Assembly: GCF_000020025.1 (NCBI RefSeq)
Contig: NC_010631.1
Location: forward strand, 120,001-152,000
Source: Nostoc punctiforme PCC 73102
GTDB lineage: Bacteria; Cyanobacteriota; Cyanobacteriia; Cyanobacteriales; Nostocaceae
Reading direction: 5' to 3'
DNA: 32,000 nucleotides
The notes beneath the pieces are model-generated. The model worked only from the letters and a program-made list of their open reading frames with translations. It made no database searches and was not told the origin of the DNA. The number at the start of each line of letters is the position of its first letter. Within the stretch, counting starts at the first letter, position 1. Below, piece after piece: positions 9,884 to 19,578 of this stretch. A program made the translations under genes and the position numbers.

Positions 9884-12049
9884 ATGAAACGCATTACATC
9901 TGGTATTTTACTCACTGCTTGTCTTTGGTCTGGGTTGGGGATGTTCTCTATCCGACCACAGGTGACAGCCGTTGCTCAAACCCAAGAGGATAGTAACTTA
10001 TTTTACCTTTATAATGGACAACGCATTTCCTTAAACCAGCGACAAGATGCGATCGCTGTTACTTTTAAAAAAGTCTCTACCCGGAACCCTGCGGCTCAAC
10101 CCCTTTATCTGCAACTCCAGGAATCCCTACAGGGTGGCGTTCGGGGAGGTAGTGGGGCAAAAGTTAGTCCTTTGGGCGAGAATTATGCTGTAGTGAATTT
10201 GCCTGCTGGAACCCTAAATGCCTTACAGCAGCGCATTCAGCAGCAACCCTACGTAGAAAATACTTTACCAGTCCTGACTCGTCAGCAAACCAAAGAAGTT
10301 ATTGTTTTACCCAACGAAATTATCGTTAGTTTTGACCCCAAAGTTGACGAAAGTCAGAGACAGACTATTTTACAGCAGAGTAATCTGACAATTGTGCGTC
10401 CCTTGCGCTTCAACCGCGATCGCTATCTGGTCAAATCCAAGGCGGCGGCTGGAACACAAATCCTCAATGTCGCCAACCAACTCAACAATGTCAAAGGCAT
10501 TTCCTCTGCTCAACCTAACTTCATCCAATCAATTACCGACCAAAATCTCGAAACAGCTAGCAAACAAATAGCGAATCTCAAGGGAACGGAAGATTCGGTA
10601 TTGCGAAAACTCTTACCTAGTTCCCAGTCCCCAGACCCTAGTCCCCAGTCTAGTAGAGGGATTTCTCCAAAAACCAGCTTACTCGGATTGGCGTGGCATT
10701 TGAACAGCTTACCCCTGCAACAATGTTTACCCCAACTATCTAGTTGGGAATTATTACAAACCTGCCTGCAAAAGTCTACTGTCGCCACAAAATCTCCTGT
10801 CTCCCGCACAGATATTCGCGTCACCGAAGCTTGGAAACGTAGCAACGGCGGACGCGGTGTAGTTGTCGCAGTCATAGATAGCTTGATTCAATGGGATCAT
10901 CCTGATTTGGCAGGTAGTCTCTATACTGTGAAAGCGGCTGACAAATGTCCAGATGAAGTCCACGGGTGGGATTTTTCTAGTGGTGGTAATAGTCTCGACC
11001 CCTGCGAAATCGGCGATGGCGATACCCGCATCAGTCGTACTGAACTTGCTATTCTCACAGCCAAATTTCAAGATACCTTCAAATTATCGGATGCAGAATT
11101 AATTCGGCAATATTCTGTTGAAGCGCTGGAGATGAAACAAAAATACCCAAATGCGTCTTTTGAGGAAATTGCTCAGATTTTACGTTACGTTTTTCGCACT
11201 TATAAAGTCGGGGCAGAATTTCATGGTACTTGGGTGAGTGGAATAATTGCCGCTAAACCCCAAGATAATCAGGGATTGGTGGGTGTAGCGCCCAATGCTC
11301 AAATTTTACCTGTGCGGTTGTTTGGATTGAATGGAAGTTACAGTCCTTCTGCCTATATTGAAGCCATTGGTTACGCAGCCGATCGCGGTGCTGATATCAT
11401 TAATCTCAGTTTGGGTAGTACCCTACCAACTGATGGAGAAGAAGAAGCGATCGCAGATGTTCTCAAGGCACATCCTAAACTAGTAATTGTGGCTGCTGCT
11501 GGTAACGAAAACTCTAACCGTGTCGCCTATCCCGCCGCCTATCCGGGAGTAGTGGCTGTTGGTGCAACAAATCTTTTAGGTAATCGCGCTCCTTACAGTA
11601 ACTACGGCAAAGGTTTAGCCATAGTTGCACCAGGAGGAGACTTAAATACCCCAGGAATGCTGGGCGGAATTCCCACCACAGGCGGTACTTGGCTGGATGC
11701 TTTTTGGCAAGGAATGTCCGCCCCTGAATCTCGTTGGTCTACGGTGCTGGATGCGCGGGGCAAATATTGGTGGGTGGAAGGCACATCCTTTGCATCACCA
11801 GCCGTCGCGGGGGTAGTGGCTTTGATGAAAGGAGAAAATAAAGAAATTAGCAGACAAAGTTTGGTGAGTATTTTAAAATCCACAGCTAGTTATCAAGGGC
11901 TAGCTATCTCTGATGATGATGCTAGGAGATATCGCTCACAGCGACGCAAAGGTGAAGTTTCATCTGCGGTTAAAGGTCAGCCTTACTTTTTTGGCAAAGG
12001 ACTGGTGAATGCTAATGCCGCAGTCAAGGCGGTGAAAGAAAAGCGATAA
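9884..12049 (+). CDS. S8 (subtilisin-like) serine peptidase with N-terminal leader and propeptide-like region
   Basis: Catalytic triad motifs are VVAVIDS (Asp codon 10877..10879), HGTWVSG (His codon 11222..11224) and GTSFASPAVAG (Ser codon 11786..11788). The hydrophobic N-terminus ends in VAQT. Confidence 0.9.
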   Translation: MKRITSGILLTACLWSGLGMFSIRPQVTAVAQTQEDSNLFYLYNGQRISLNQRQDAIAVTFKKVSTRNPAAQPLYLQLQESLQGGVRGGSGAKVSPLGENYAVVNLPAGTLNALQQRIQQQPYVENTLPVLTRQQTKEVIVLPNEIIVSFDPKVDESQRQTILQQSNLTIVRPLRFNRDRYLVKSKAAAGTQILNVANQLNNVKGISSAQPNFIQSITDQNLETASKQIANLKGTEDSVLRKLLPSSQSPDPSPQSSRGISPKTSLLGLAWHLNSLPLQQCLPQLSSWELLQTCLQKSTVATKSPVSRTDIRVTEAWKRSNGGRGVVVAVIDSLIQWDHPDLAGSLYTVKAADKCPDEVHGWDFSSGGNSLDPCEIGDGDTRISRTELAILTAKFQDTFKLSDAELIRQYSVEALEMKQKYPNASFEEIAQILRYVFRTYKVGAEFHGTWVSGIIAAKPQDNQGLVGVAPNAQILPVRLFGLNGSYSPSAYIEAIGYAADRGADIINLSLGSTLPTDGEEEAIADVLKAHPKLVIVAAAGNENSNRVAYPAAYPGVVAVGATNLLGNRAPYSNYGKGLAIVAPGGDLNTPGMLGGIPTTGGTWLDAFWQGMSAPESRWSTVLDARGKYWWVEGTSFASPAVAGVVALMKGENKEISRQSLVSILKSTASYQGLAISDDDARRYRSQRRKGEVSSAVKGQPYFFGKGLVNANAAVKAVKEKR

Positions 12050-12071
12050 AATTATAGATATAGGTTGAAAA

Positions 12072-12203
12072 GCGATCGCCACATCTGGTTCAGGTTCGCT
12101 TTGATTTGGTAAAGTAATTGGATCTTGTCCACGAATTACGGCGCGTTCACGAAGTGTCTCCGAATTCGTCAATAGTAAATCGCTTTGGTGTGACAACGTT
12201 CAT
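12072..12203 (-). pseudogene. Internally deleted, frameshifted remnant of a Uma2-family endonuclease gene
   Basis: The minus strand reads ATGAACGTTGTCACACCAAAGCGATTTACTATTGAC (MNVVTPKRFTID), identical to the start of the intact gene at 27477..28064. A stop follows, then a second frame gives ...SEPEPDVAIA. Homology ends at the HIP1 site 12072..12079. Confidence 0.8.
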
Positions 12204-12295
12204 GAGACATCACCAATTTAACTGTTATGTAGTTTCCAGCTTACCATCTGTATTTATTGGCTTTTGCCCATTTTGCAACTTGCACTGTGTATCTA

Positions 12296-12326
12296 GTTTG
12301 CATATCCTTGGGCAGGTGAGAGATAT
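12296..12326 (+). promoter_or_regulatory. Shared promoter-like motif, copy 2 (upstream of TPR-CHAT 12368)
   Basis: gtttgcatatcct-tgggcaggt-gagagatat. It ends 41 nt before the ATG at 12368. Confidence 0.55.
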
Positions 12327-12367
12327 CTCTCTTTAAACTCCCTGCATTACTCCTGACTCTAAAATAT

Positions 12368-15300
12368 ATGCGCGATCGCAAACTTAGTTTAACCACATTG
12401 ATCACTCTCATCTTGAGTGTTTCACAACCCATCGCAAATTTGCCTCCACTATTCCAAGCGTCGCAAGTATTAGCGCAAACGCCAGCGAATCGTAAAGCAG
12501 AAGCAGACCGATTGTTACAGCAAGGTATTGAGCAGCTTCAAAGCAGCCAATTTGAAGCCGCATTAGAATCTTGGCAAAAAGCACTGATGATTTATCGAGA
12601 CATTCAAGATCGTCACGGAGAAGCATCAGCCCTAATTAATTTAGGAACTATTTACCTTTACTTTAATAACAATACTAAAGCAATTGAATACTTTGAACAA
12701 AGTTTAGCCATTGCTAAAGAAAACAAATATTACAACGCTCAAATTGCGGCTTTGGGCAGTTTAGGAGAAATTTATAATTCATTGGGAGACTACAAAAAAA
12801 CAATTGAGTACCATCTTTCTCGCTTAGAGGTTACAAGAAAAATAAAAAATCGATTAGCAGAGAAAGATACGTTACAAGATTTAGCAGAAGCTTACCTAGC
12901 AATGCAAAATTACCCTCAGGCAATAGAAGCCTTAGAAAATTATTTAGTCATTTCACAAAAACTTAAAGATCGTGAAGGAGAAAAGTATGCTCTAGGCTCT
13001 TTAGGAATTTATTATTACTCATCAGGAAACCATGCTAAAGCGATTGAGTATTATCGACAACCTTTAGCAATGGAGTTTTATCAACAAAAATTAATCACAG
13101 CACGAAAAAATAAAAATCGGCAGGTAGAAGCAAGTGCAATTGGGATTATTGCTATTGTTTATGATGCTTTAGGAGATAACACAAAAGCAATTGAATACTA
13201 CGAGGAGCGAATCAAAATTGCGCGTGAACTTAAAGATAAAGAAAACGAAGGACATTATCTTGCTAATCTTGGTTATGCTTACTTAAAAGTCAATCATTAC
13301 AGTAAAGCAGTTGAATCTGCACAAAAAGGTTTAGAAATTGCCAGGGAACTCAAAAACTTCCAAAAACAGGCAGTATGTCTGAGGGTTTTAGGTGAATCAT
13401 ACTCTGGGCTGAATGACAATAAGCAAGCCAACTATTATTATCAGCAATTATTGGCTCTATCACAAGATAAAAAAGATATACCTGATGAAATAGAAATATT
13501 AAGTTCCTTAAGTATTACTTATCGTGAACTTGGATATTATACACAAGCAATAGAATTTGCACAAAGACATTTGTTAATTGCACGAAAACTAAACGACAAA
13601 ATACAGCAGGCAGAAGCACTCACAAATTTAGGAGCAGTTTATAATGATTTAGGCAATTATATCCAAGCCATAGAATATCATAAAGAAAGTTTAAAAATTG
13701 CACAAGAAATTAAATCAATTACTCATGAAGCTAATTCTTTGGGAGAATTAGGGATTGCTTATTTTGATATTAATGATTATGTTAAAGCACTTGATTACTA
13801 TCAACAATTTTTAGCTATAGCCCAAAAACTCAAAGATAAACAAAATGAAGGAATTGCTTTAAGTGAATTAGGTCTTGTTTATGACCAAATAGACGACCAT
13901 AAAAAAGCTATTAATTATTATCAGCTATCTTTAGCTATTGCACGAGAACTTAAAGAAACTCTCCTAGAGGCAAATACTTTAATGAATCTAGGTAGAGCCT
14001 ATATATCTTTGGGAAACTATACAAAAGCAATTGAGTATACACAACAAGGTCTATTTTTAAGCAAAAAGATTAATTATCCTTTAGGAAAAGGATTTGGATC
14101 TACAAATTTAGGACTAGCTTTGTATAGAACTGGTAAACTAGCAGAAGCTGAAAAAGTTTTGGTTGATGGAATTCAAGTTTGGGAATCTTTGCGCTCAGGA
14201 CTTGGGAATAACGATATTCATAAAGTTTCAATTTTTGATAAGCAAGCAAGCATCTACCCTATACTGCAACAAGTTTTAATTGCTCAAAATAAAAATGATG
14301 AGGCTCTAGAAATTGCTGAAAGGGGGCGTTCTAGAGCGTTGTTAGACTTATTAAACTCACGCTTATCTAACAACAATTCCACTCAGTCATTCCAACTCAA
14401 TTTCCAGCAACCTACACTATCACTGCTACAACAAATTGCCAAACAGCAAAAAGCGACACTTATTGAATACTCTATTATTGCTGATAATTTTAAAATTCAG
14501 GGTAAACAAGTAACTTATGAATCAGAACTCTATATCTGGGTAATCAAACCCGCAGGTGAAGTTACCTTCCGCAAAGCTGACCTGAAACCCCTGTGGCAAA
14601 AAGAAAACTCAACCCTTGGCAATCTTGTTATCACCAGTCGTAACTCTATCGGTGCAACAAGTACACCTTTTCGCGGTGCTGTTGATGTAGTTGGTAAACC
14701 CAATGCACCCAAAGCCAAAAATAATTTAAAGCGTCTACACGAATTATTAATCAACCCCATCGCTGACTTATTACCCAAAAATTCTAACGATCACGTTATC
14801 TTCATTCCCCAAAGTAGCCTATTCCTCGTCCCCTTCGCCGCATTACAAGACGCAGACGGTAAATACCTAATTGAAAAACACACTATTCTCACATCACCAT
14901 CAATTCAAGTTTTAGATTTAACCCACAAACAGAAACAACGGACAGGCACAAAACCGATAGAAGGAAAAGATACGCTGATTGTTGGTAATCCAATGATGCC
15001 TTTTCTAGCACCAAAAATCGGCGAAACTCCGCAACAATTAATTTCTTTACCTGGTGCAGAACTTGAAGCAAATGCAATTAGCAAATTACTCAAAACCGAA
15101 CCTCTGATCGGCAACAAAGCAACAGAAGCAACTATAGTCAAGCGTTTACCCCAAGCGCGATTTATTCATTTAGCAACACACGGCATATTTGATGATATCC
15201 AAGGATTAAATAGTGGAATTGCTTTGACTCCATCGGGTAAAGAGGATGGATTATTAACAGCCTCGGAAATCCTCGATCTGAAGCTAAATGCCGAATTAGT

Positions 15301-15580
15301 CGTGTTAAGCGCTTGTGACACCGGACGCGGAAGGATTTCTGGGGATGGGGTAATTGGTTTATCTCGTTCCTTAATTAGTGCTGGTGTCCCCAGCGTCTTA
15401 GTATCGCTGTGGTCGGTTCCAGATACGCCTACAGCACTATTAATGACGGAATTTTATCAAAATCTTCAAAAGAGCCAAGACAAAGCGCAAGCACTGCGAC
15501 AGGCGATGCTGACGACGATGAAAATTAATCCGAATCCCGTTGATTGGGCAGCTTTTACTCTCATTGGCGAAGCTGAGTAG
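12368..15580 (+). CDS. TPR-repeat + CHAT protease (1070 aa) with N-terminal leader
   Basis: Starts ATGCGCGATCGC (MRDRKLSLTTLITLILSV...QVLAQT). It has a long, internally divergent TPR array. The CHAT motifs are HLATHG and LSACDTG, and it ends WAAFTLIGEAE. Confidence 0.93.
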   Translation: MRDRKLSLTTLITLILSVSQPIANLPPLFQASQVLAQTPANRKAEADRLLQQGIEQLQSSQFEAALESWQKALMIYRDIQDRHGEASALINLGTIYLYFNNNTKAIEYFEQSLAIAKENKYYNAQIAALGSLGEIYNSLGDYKKTIEYHLSRLEVTRKIKNRLAEKDTLQDLAEAYLAMQNYPQAIEALENYLVISQKLKDREGEKYALGSLGIYYYSSGNHAKAIEYYRQPLAMEFYQQKLITARKNKNRQVEASAIGIIAIVYDALGDNTKAIEYYEERIKIARELKDKENEGHYLANLGYAYLKVNHYSKAVESAQKGLEIARELKNFQKQAVCLRVLGESYSGLNDNKQANYYYQQLLALSQDKKDIPDEIEILSSLSITYRELGYYTQAIEFAQRHLLIARKLNDKIQQAEALTNLGAVYNDLGNYIQAIEYHKESLKIAQEIKSITHEANSLGELGIAYFDINDYVKALDYYQQFLAIAQKLKDKQNEGIALSELGLVYDQIDDHKKAINYYQLSLAIARELKETLLEANTLMNLGRAYISLGNYTKAIEYTQQGLFLSKKINYPLGKGFGSTNLGLALYRTGKLAEAEKVLVDGIQVWESLRSGLGNNDIHKVSIFDKQASIYPILQQVLIAQNKNDEALEIAERGRSRALLDLLNSRLSNNNSTQSFQLNFQQPTLSLLQQIAKQQKATLIEYSIIADNFKIQGKQVTYESELYIWVIKPAGEVTFRKADLKPLWQKENSTLGNLVITSRNSIGATSTPFRGAVDVVGKPNAPKAKNNLKRLHELLINPIADLLPKNSNDHVIFIPQSSLFLVPFAALQDADGKYLIEKHTILTSPSIQVLDLTHKQKQRTGTKPIEGKDTLIVGNPMMPFLAPKIGETPQQLISLPGAELEANAISKLLKTEPLIGNKATEATIVKRLPQARFIHLATHGIFDDIQGLNSGIALTPSGKEDGLLTASEILDLKLNAELVVLSACDTGRGRISGDGVIGLSRSLISAGVPSVLVSLWSVPDTPTALLMTEFYQNLQKSQDKAQALRQAMLTTMKINPNPVDWAAFTLIGEAE

Positions 15581-15620
15581 GTTTTTAAAGTTATCTCGTA
15601 ACCTGAAAAGTGCTGTACTA

Positions 15621-15651
15621 TTTTGCATAACCTCACACAACCCAGAAATAC
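15621..15651 (+). promoter_or_regulatory. Shared promoter-like motif, copy 4 (upstream of the orthocaspase gene)
   Basis: ttttgcataacct-cacacaacc-cagaaatac. It ends 46 nt before the ATG at 15698. Confidence 0.5.
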
Positions 15652-15697
15652 AATCCTTTAAAGCGATTTGTGCCAATAAATAATAAATAAAATCATA

Positions 15698-17989
15698 ATG
15701 TCTAACATCAAACGCCGTCATTTTCTCCAATTTTCTGCTTCCACTCTCGCAATGTTAGGCTTGAGCCAGTTCGACATCATGCAACAAGCCAACAGCGTAG
15801 GTAAAGTCCTCGCTCAAAGTACAGGCCGCAAACTAGCGCTACTAGTGGGTATTAATGATTATCCTGCAAGCAATGGTTTAGATCCTCTCAAAGGTTGTGA
15901 GAATGATGTCAAATTGCAGGAATACTTACTAATTCACCGCTTTGGCTTCAAACAAGAGGATATTCGCATTTTGCTTAACCAACAAGCCACCCGTCAAGGC
16001 ATCCTCACAGCTTTTGAAAACCATCTAATTGCTCAAGCCAAGCGTGGGGATGTGGTATTATTCCACTACTCTGGACACGGTTCCCAGGTACAAGACCCCG
16101 ATCGCGATTCACCGGATGGACTCAACAGCACGCTTGTTCCTATAGATAGCCCTTTACCAACAGGATTTCCAGCCTTCGGCGGTGCAGTAAAAGATATCAT
16201 GGGACATACGCTATTTTTACTCATGTCTGCGTTAAAAACAGATAACGTCACCTTTGTGCTTGACAGCTGTTTTTCTGGTGGTGGTACGCGGGGAAATCTG
16301 CGGGTGCGATCGCGTTCTGGCGGTGAAAAATTGCAACCTAGTCAAGAAGAATTAGACTATCAGCGTCAATGGCTAAATAAATTGGGGCTTTCACAACAAG
16401 AATTCATTCAAAAACGCCGTCAAAACGTTGCTAAAGGAGTCGTTATCACCAGCGCCAAACGCGATCAATACGCCGCCGATGTTCCTTTTTCGGGTTTCCA
16501 TGCAGGGGCGTTTACCTACTCGCTAACTCAGTATCTTTGGCAGCAAACTGGCAATGAATCTGTCAACAGAGCGATCGCTAATATTGGTCGCAGTACGAAA
16601 GAATTAGCTAGCGAAAATGGTAACGATCAAGACCCAGAATTTGAGTCGAACCTCAGCGAAGAAAATGCCAACACACCTATCTATTTCATCCCTGTCCAGG
16701 CTATCCCAGCTGAGGCTGTAGTCACGCAAGTAACAGAGAACCAAGCACAGTTATGGCTGGGTGGAATAGATTCGCAAAGCTTAGAAGCTTTCAACAGTAA
16801 CTCTGTATTCTCAATAGTGGATGGTCTGGGTAATGAAATCGGACAGGTGCAACTACAATCTCGTCAAGGATTAGTCGGCAGAGGTACGCTGAAATACACA
16901 ACCTCCAAGGGAAAATTACACCCAGGAAATTTATTGCAAGAACGCATCCGCATCATTCCTAGAAATGCAACTTTAAAAATTGGTATTGATGAATCTTTAG
17001 ACAACAAAACTGCCCAGCAGGCAATACAAGCGATGAAAGCACTCAAGCGCGTCGAACCCAAATCTTTAACAAAAGAAGAATTACAATATATCTTTGGGCA
17101 GATGACAAAGACCAAACATCAAGAGTTGCAGAAAAAAGGAGTATCCAAGCTGCCAGTAGTGGGTAGTTTTGGTTTATTTTTACCAAGTCAAGACCAAATT
17201 ATTCCTGCGTCTTTTGGTGCAGCTAGCGAACCCATAACTGAAGCAGTAAAGCGTTTACAACCAAAATTCAAGTCGCTGTTAGCTGCGAGAGTGATCAAAC
17301 AGATTCTGGGAAATACAAATTCATCACGCCTCAACGTCACAGTTTCTATGAATATTGCTGGTAGCAATGAGCTTTTGGCTGAAACTTTCCCGATTCGCGG
17401 TGTAGCTAAAAAACCTCAACAGCCAAATTCCTCAACACCAGTTTCGTCTATTAAGTTTTCTGATGCTGGGTTACGTCAACTACCTGTGGACACCCAGATT
17501 GCTTTCCAAATTAAAAATAATGAGTCTCAACCACTTTACGTCAGTATTTTAGTGATTGATGCCGAAGGCGAAATGACAATTATTTTTCCTAATAAATGGT
17601 CAGACTCAGAAAATGCTGCTTTGGTAGAGGCAAAACAAACACAGTTAATCCCTCAAGCTGATGATGAATTTACACTTACCATAGTTACGCCCTTGGGAGT
17701 TTCAGAAGCATTAATCATTGCCAGTACCACCCCGCTAAAAACTGCTCTCCAAGCATTACAAACAATTGCTAGTAGGTCAACAGACACAAAAAGTCGAAAT
17801 GTTCCTCTCCCTGTTACTAATGAACTGTTAGATGTCACCAATAATTTACTAGATGACTTAGATGCAGGTACTCGTAGCGGCAATAGCGTCAATAACATAC
17901 AATTACCATCGAGCGATCGCGGTGTTGATACTACAAAATTAGCTGCAATGGCGATCGCTTTTGAGGTAATTGCATCATCCAGCAGCTAA
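15698..17989 (+). CDS. Orthocaspase / peptidase C14-like protease with twin-arginine (Tat) signal and a C-terminal DUF4384-like domain
   Basis: The N-terminus KRRHFLQFSASTLAMLGL matches the Tat pattern RR.FL. The caspase fold is indicated by LALLVGINDY, HYSGHG (His codon 16076..16078) and LDSCFSGG (Cys codon 16268..16270). The C-terminal block ...IAFQIKNNESQPLYVSILVIDAEGEMTIIFPN resembles DUF4384. Confidence 0.88.
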   Translation: MSNIKRRHFLQFSASTLAMLGLSQFDIMQQANSVGKVLAQSTGRKLALLVGINDYPASNGLDPLKGCENDVKLQEYLLIHRFGFKQEDIRILLNQQATRQGILTAFENHLIAQAKRGDVVLFHYSGHGSQVQDPDRDSPDGLNSTLVPIDSPLPTGFPAFGGAVKDIMGHTLFLLMSALKTDNVTFVLDSCFSGGGTRGNLRVRSRSGGEKLQPSQEELDYQRQWLNKLGLSQQEFIQKRRQNVAKGVVITSAKRDQYAADVPFSGFHAGAFTYSLTQYLWQQTGNESVNRAIANIGRSTKELASENGNDQDPEFESNLSEENANTPIYFIPVQAIPAEAVVTQVTENQAQLWLGGIDSQSLEAFNSNSVFSIVDGLGNEIGQVQLQSRQGLVGRGTLKYTTSKGKLHPGNLLQERIRIIPRNATLKIGIDESLDNKTAQQAIQAMKALKRVEPKSLTKEELQYIFGQMTKTKHQELQKKGVSKLPVVGSFGLFLPSQDQIIPASFGAASEPITEAVKRLQPKFKSLLAARVIKQILGNTNSSRLNVTVSMNIAGSNELLAETFPIRGVAKKPQQPNSSTPVSSIKFSDAGLRQLPVDTQIAFQIKNNESQPLYVSILVIDAEGEMTIIFPNKWSDSENAALVEAKQTQLIPQADDEFTLTIVTPLGVSEALIIASTTPLKTALQALQTIASRSTDTKSRNVPLPVTNELLDVTNNLLDDLDAGTRSGNSVNNIQLPSSDRGVDTTKLAAMAIAFEVIASSSS

Positions 17990-18341
17990 CTCTTGTATGT
18001 TTGGCGTGGATAAATTTGTGATTTTAAGAAGATTTTGGACAGGTTGTCCAAGTTTACCTTCCAAAAACGTCCAAAAAATAACATAAAGGAAAGCTAAATA
18101 AACAACATATTTATAAAAATGTAATTTACGCCTGATGTGAATTAAAAACATCTCTCATACCATAAGGGTTGCTAGATTCGCTCCAAATCATTATTTTGGG
18201 ACTAACTACGAAATTACAAGGGTTTCAAGACTTAATTTACATTAAACGTAATTTATTTAATTACACTAATCTGGTGGCTGGTGTTTATCCTTTCAATCAG
18301 GATCTAAAAGTAGTAAACGTCGATTAGGAGAACCGACAAGC

Positions 18342-19550
18342 GTGGCAAGAAACTGGAAGTGTGATGGTCAGCCCAAAAATGGCAAAATCTACTTAAATCA
18401 AAATCCTACTGGCAACCACGAACCCTATGAAAATTACGGCTTAACCTGTGTAATATGTAATTTGCCAAAAGAGGCAATGGACAATAACCGTCAATTGCCA
18501 AAATGGGTCAAACCTGCTGCTATAACTGGTGGTGCTGTTTTAACTGTCCTTATTGCTGCCTCAATATTTATAGATAAACCTTGTCCAACAGGTCAGCAAA
18601 AAATCAATAGTATTTGTTTGGCACTTTCTCCGCCTGAGAAAGAAACTCCTACCAAGCCAGTCTCTGATCCTCCCGTTAATATCTACCACACTTTAGCTGA
18701 AGTGCCTAACGTTCCCAACGGAATCATTAGATACGGCGGTTCTACAAGCTTTGCGCCGCTAAGGACTTCAGCAATAGTAGCGCTGATTATGCAAGGTCAT
18801 CCGGGATTTAAATTAGTCTACACTTCGCCACCGCCAGGAACCCAGGCTGGGTCTGGTAGCGGGATCAAGATGCTGATAGAAGGTCAACTAAATTTTTCCC
18901 AGTCTTCGCGGCCCTTAAGAGACGAAGAGTATGAAAGCGCAAAAACACGCAATTTCACTCTGGAACAGCAACCTATTGCCATTGACGGAATTGCTTTTTA
19001 CGTTCATCGTGATTTGGCTATCCCAGGTTTAACGGTATCTCAGATTAAGGATATATACACTGGGAGAATCACGAACTGGAAGCAAGTGGGTGGCCCCGCT
19101 ATTGAAATTACGCCTTTGAGCCGTGACCCTAATGATGGTGGTACTCCTGAATACTTTCAAGAAAAAGTGTTGGCGAAGGAACCATTTGCTTCATCTGTAA
19201 AACCTTATGTAATAGACACTACAACTGCTATCCGAAAGGTAGCTCAAACTCCTGGCGGGATTAGTTATGCCACTGCTTCAGAAGTTTGCCCCCAAACTTC
19301 AATTAAGCCTTTGTCAATTGCAAAACAGGCTAATCAGGGTTTTGTACCTGCTTGCATCGAAAAGCTCGTGAATAAAAATGATTTTGCGAAAGACATCTAC
19401 CCTCTGACTAGACGACTGTTTGTTGTGATTAAACGCGAACGCGATCGCACGCTGGATGAGCAGGCTGGTGTAGCTTATGTCAACTTACTTTTAAGTGATG
19501 AAGGTCAAAAATTAGTAGACCAAGCTGGTCTAGTGCCAATTCGCAACTGA
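18342..19550 (+). CDS. PstS-like (type 2 periplasmic binding protein) domain protein with a Cys-containing N-terminal tail and a single TM anchor
   Basis: GTG start 10 nt after AGGAGA (18326..18331). The TM segment is AAITGGAVLTVLIAASIFI. PstS-family blocks are IRYGGSTSFAPL, FSQSSRPLRDEE, IAIDGIAFYVH and LTVSQIKDIYTGRITNWKQVGG. No pstCAB genes are adjacent. Confidence 0.8.
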   Translation: MARNWKCDGQPKNGKIYLNQNPTGNHEPYENYGLTCVICNLPKEAMDNNRQLPKWVKPAAITGGAVLTVLIAASIFIDKPCPTGQQKINSICLALSPPEKETPTKPVSDPPVNIYHTLAEVPNVPNGIIRYGGSTSFAPLRTSAIVALIMQGHPGFKLVYTSPPPGTQAGSGSGIKMLIEGQLNFSQSSRPLRDEEYESAKTRNFTLEQQPIAIDGIAFYVHRDLAIPGLTVSQIKDIYTGRITNWKQVGGPAIEITPLSRDPNDGGTPEYFQEKVLAKEPFASSVKPYVIDTTTAIRKVAQTPGGISYATASEVCPQTSIKPLSIAKQANQGFVPACIEKLVNKNDFAKDIYPLTRRLFVVIKRERDRTLDEQAGVAYVNLLLSDEGQKLVDQAGLVPIRN

Positions 19551-19578
19551 AATAAATAATAACTCCTTAAAATCCCAG

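Noticed and set aside
9697-9915. Minus-strand 72-aa ORF across the 9743..9883 intergenic region, and similar ORFs at 15440..15730 (-) and 31621..31809 (-)
   Set aside because: Each bridges the end of one well-supported + strand gene and the start of the next, covering hairpin or promoter sequence. They are most likely chance ORFs.
12118-12626. Short ORFs 12118..12336 (+), 12241..12432 (-), 12408..12626 (-) and 11960..12196 (-)
   Set aside because: They overlap the Uma2 remnant, the promoter motif or the start of the TPR-CHAT gene. 11960..12196 is just the out-of-frame tail of the Uma2 pseudogene running into the S8 gene end.
17990-18341. Looked for NtcA-type GTA-N8-TAC sites, the shared TTTGCATAWCCT motif, or a structured RNA in the long AT-rich gap
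   Set aside because: There is no exact GTA-N8-TAC and no copy of the shared motif. Only TAATTTA-rich low-complexity sequence and the small palindrome reported separately are present.
18342-19550. Annotating this gene as the canonical phosphate-transport pstS
   Set aside because: No pstC/pstA/pstB genes are adjacent, and it has a TM anchor with a Cys-containing tail instead of a lipoprotein or signal peptide. It is operonic with the vWA and tubulin-like genes. I only call the fold PstS-like. The N-terminal tail has just C-x29-CxxC, so I do not claim a zinc ribbon there.
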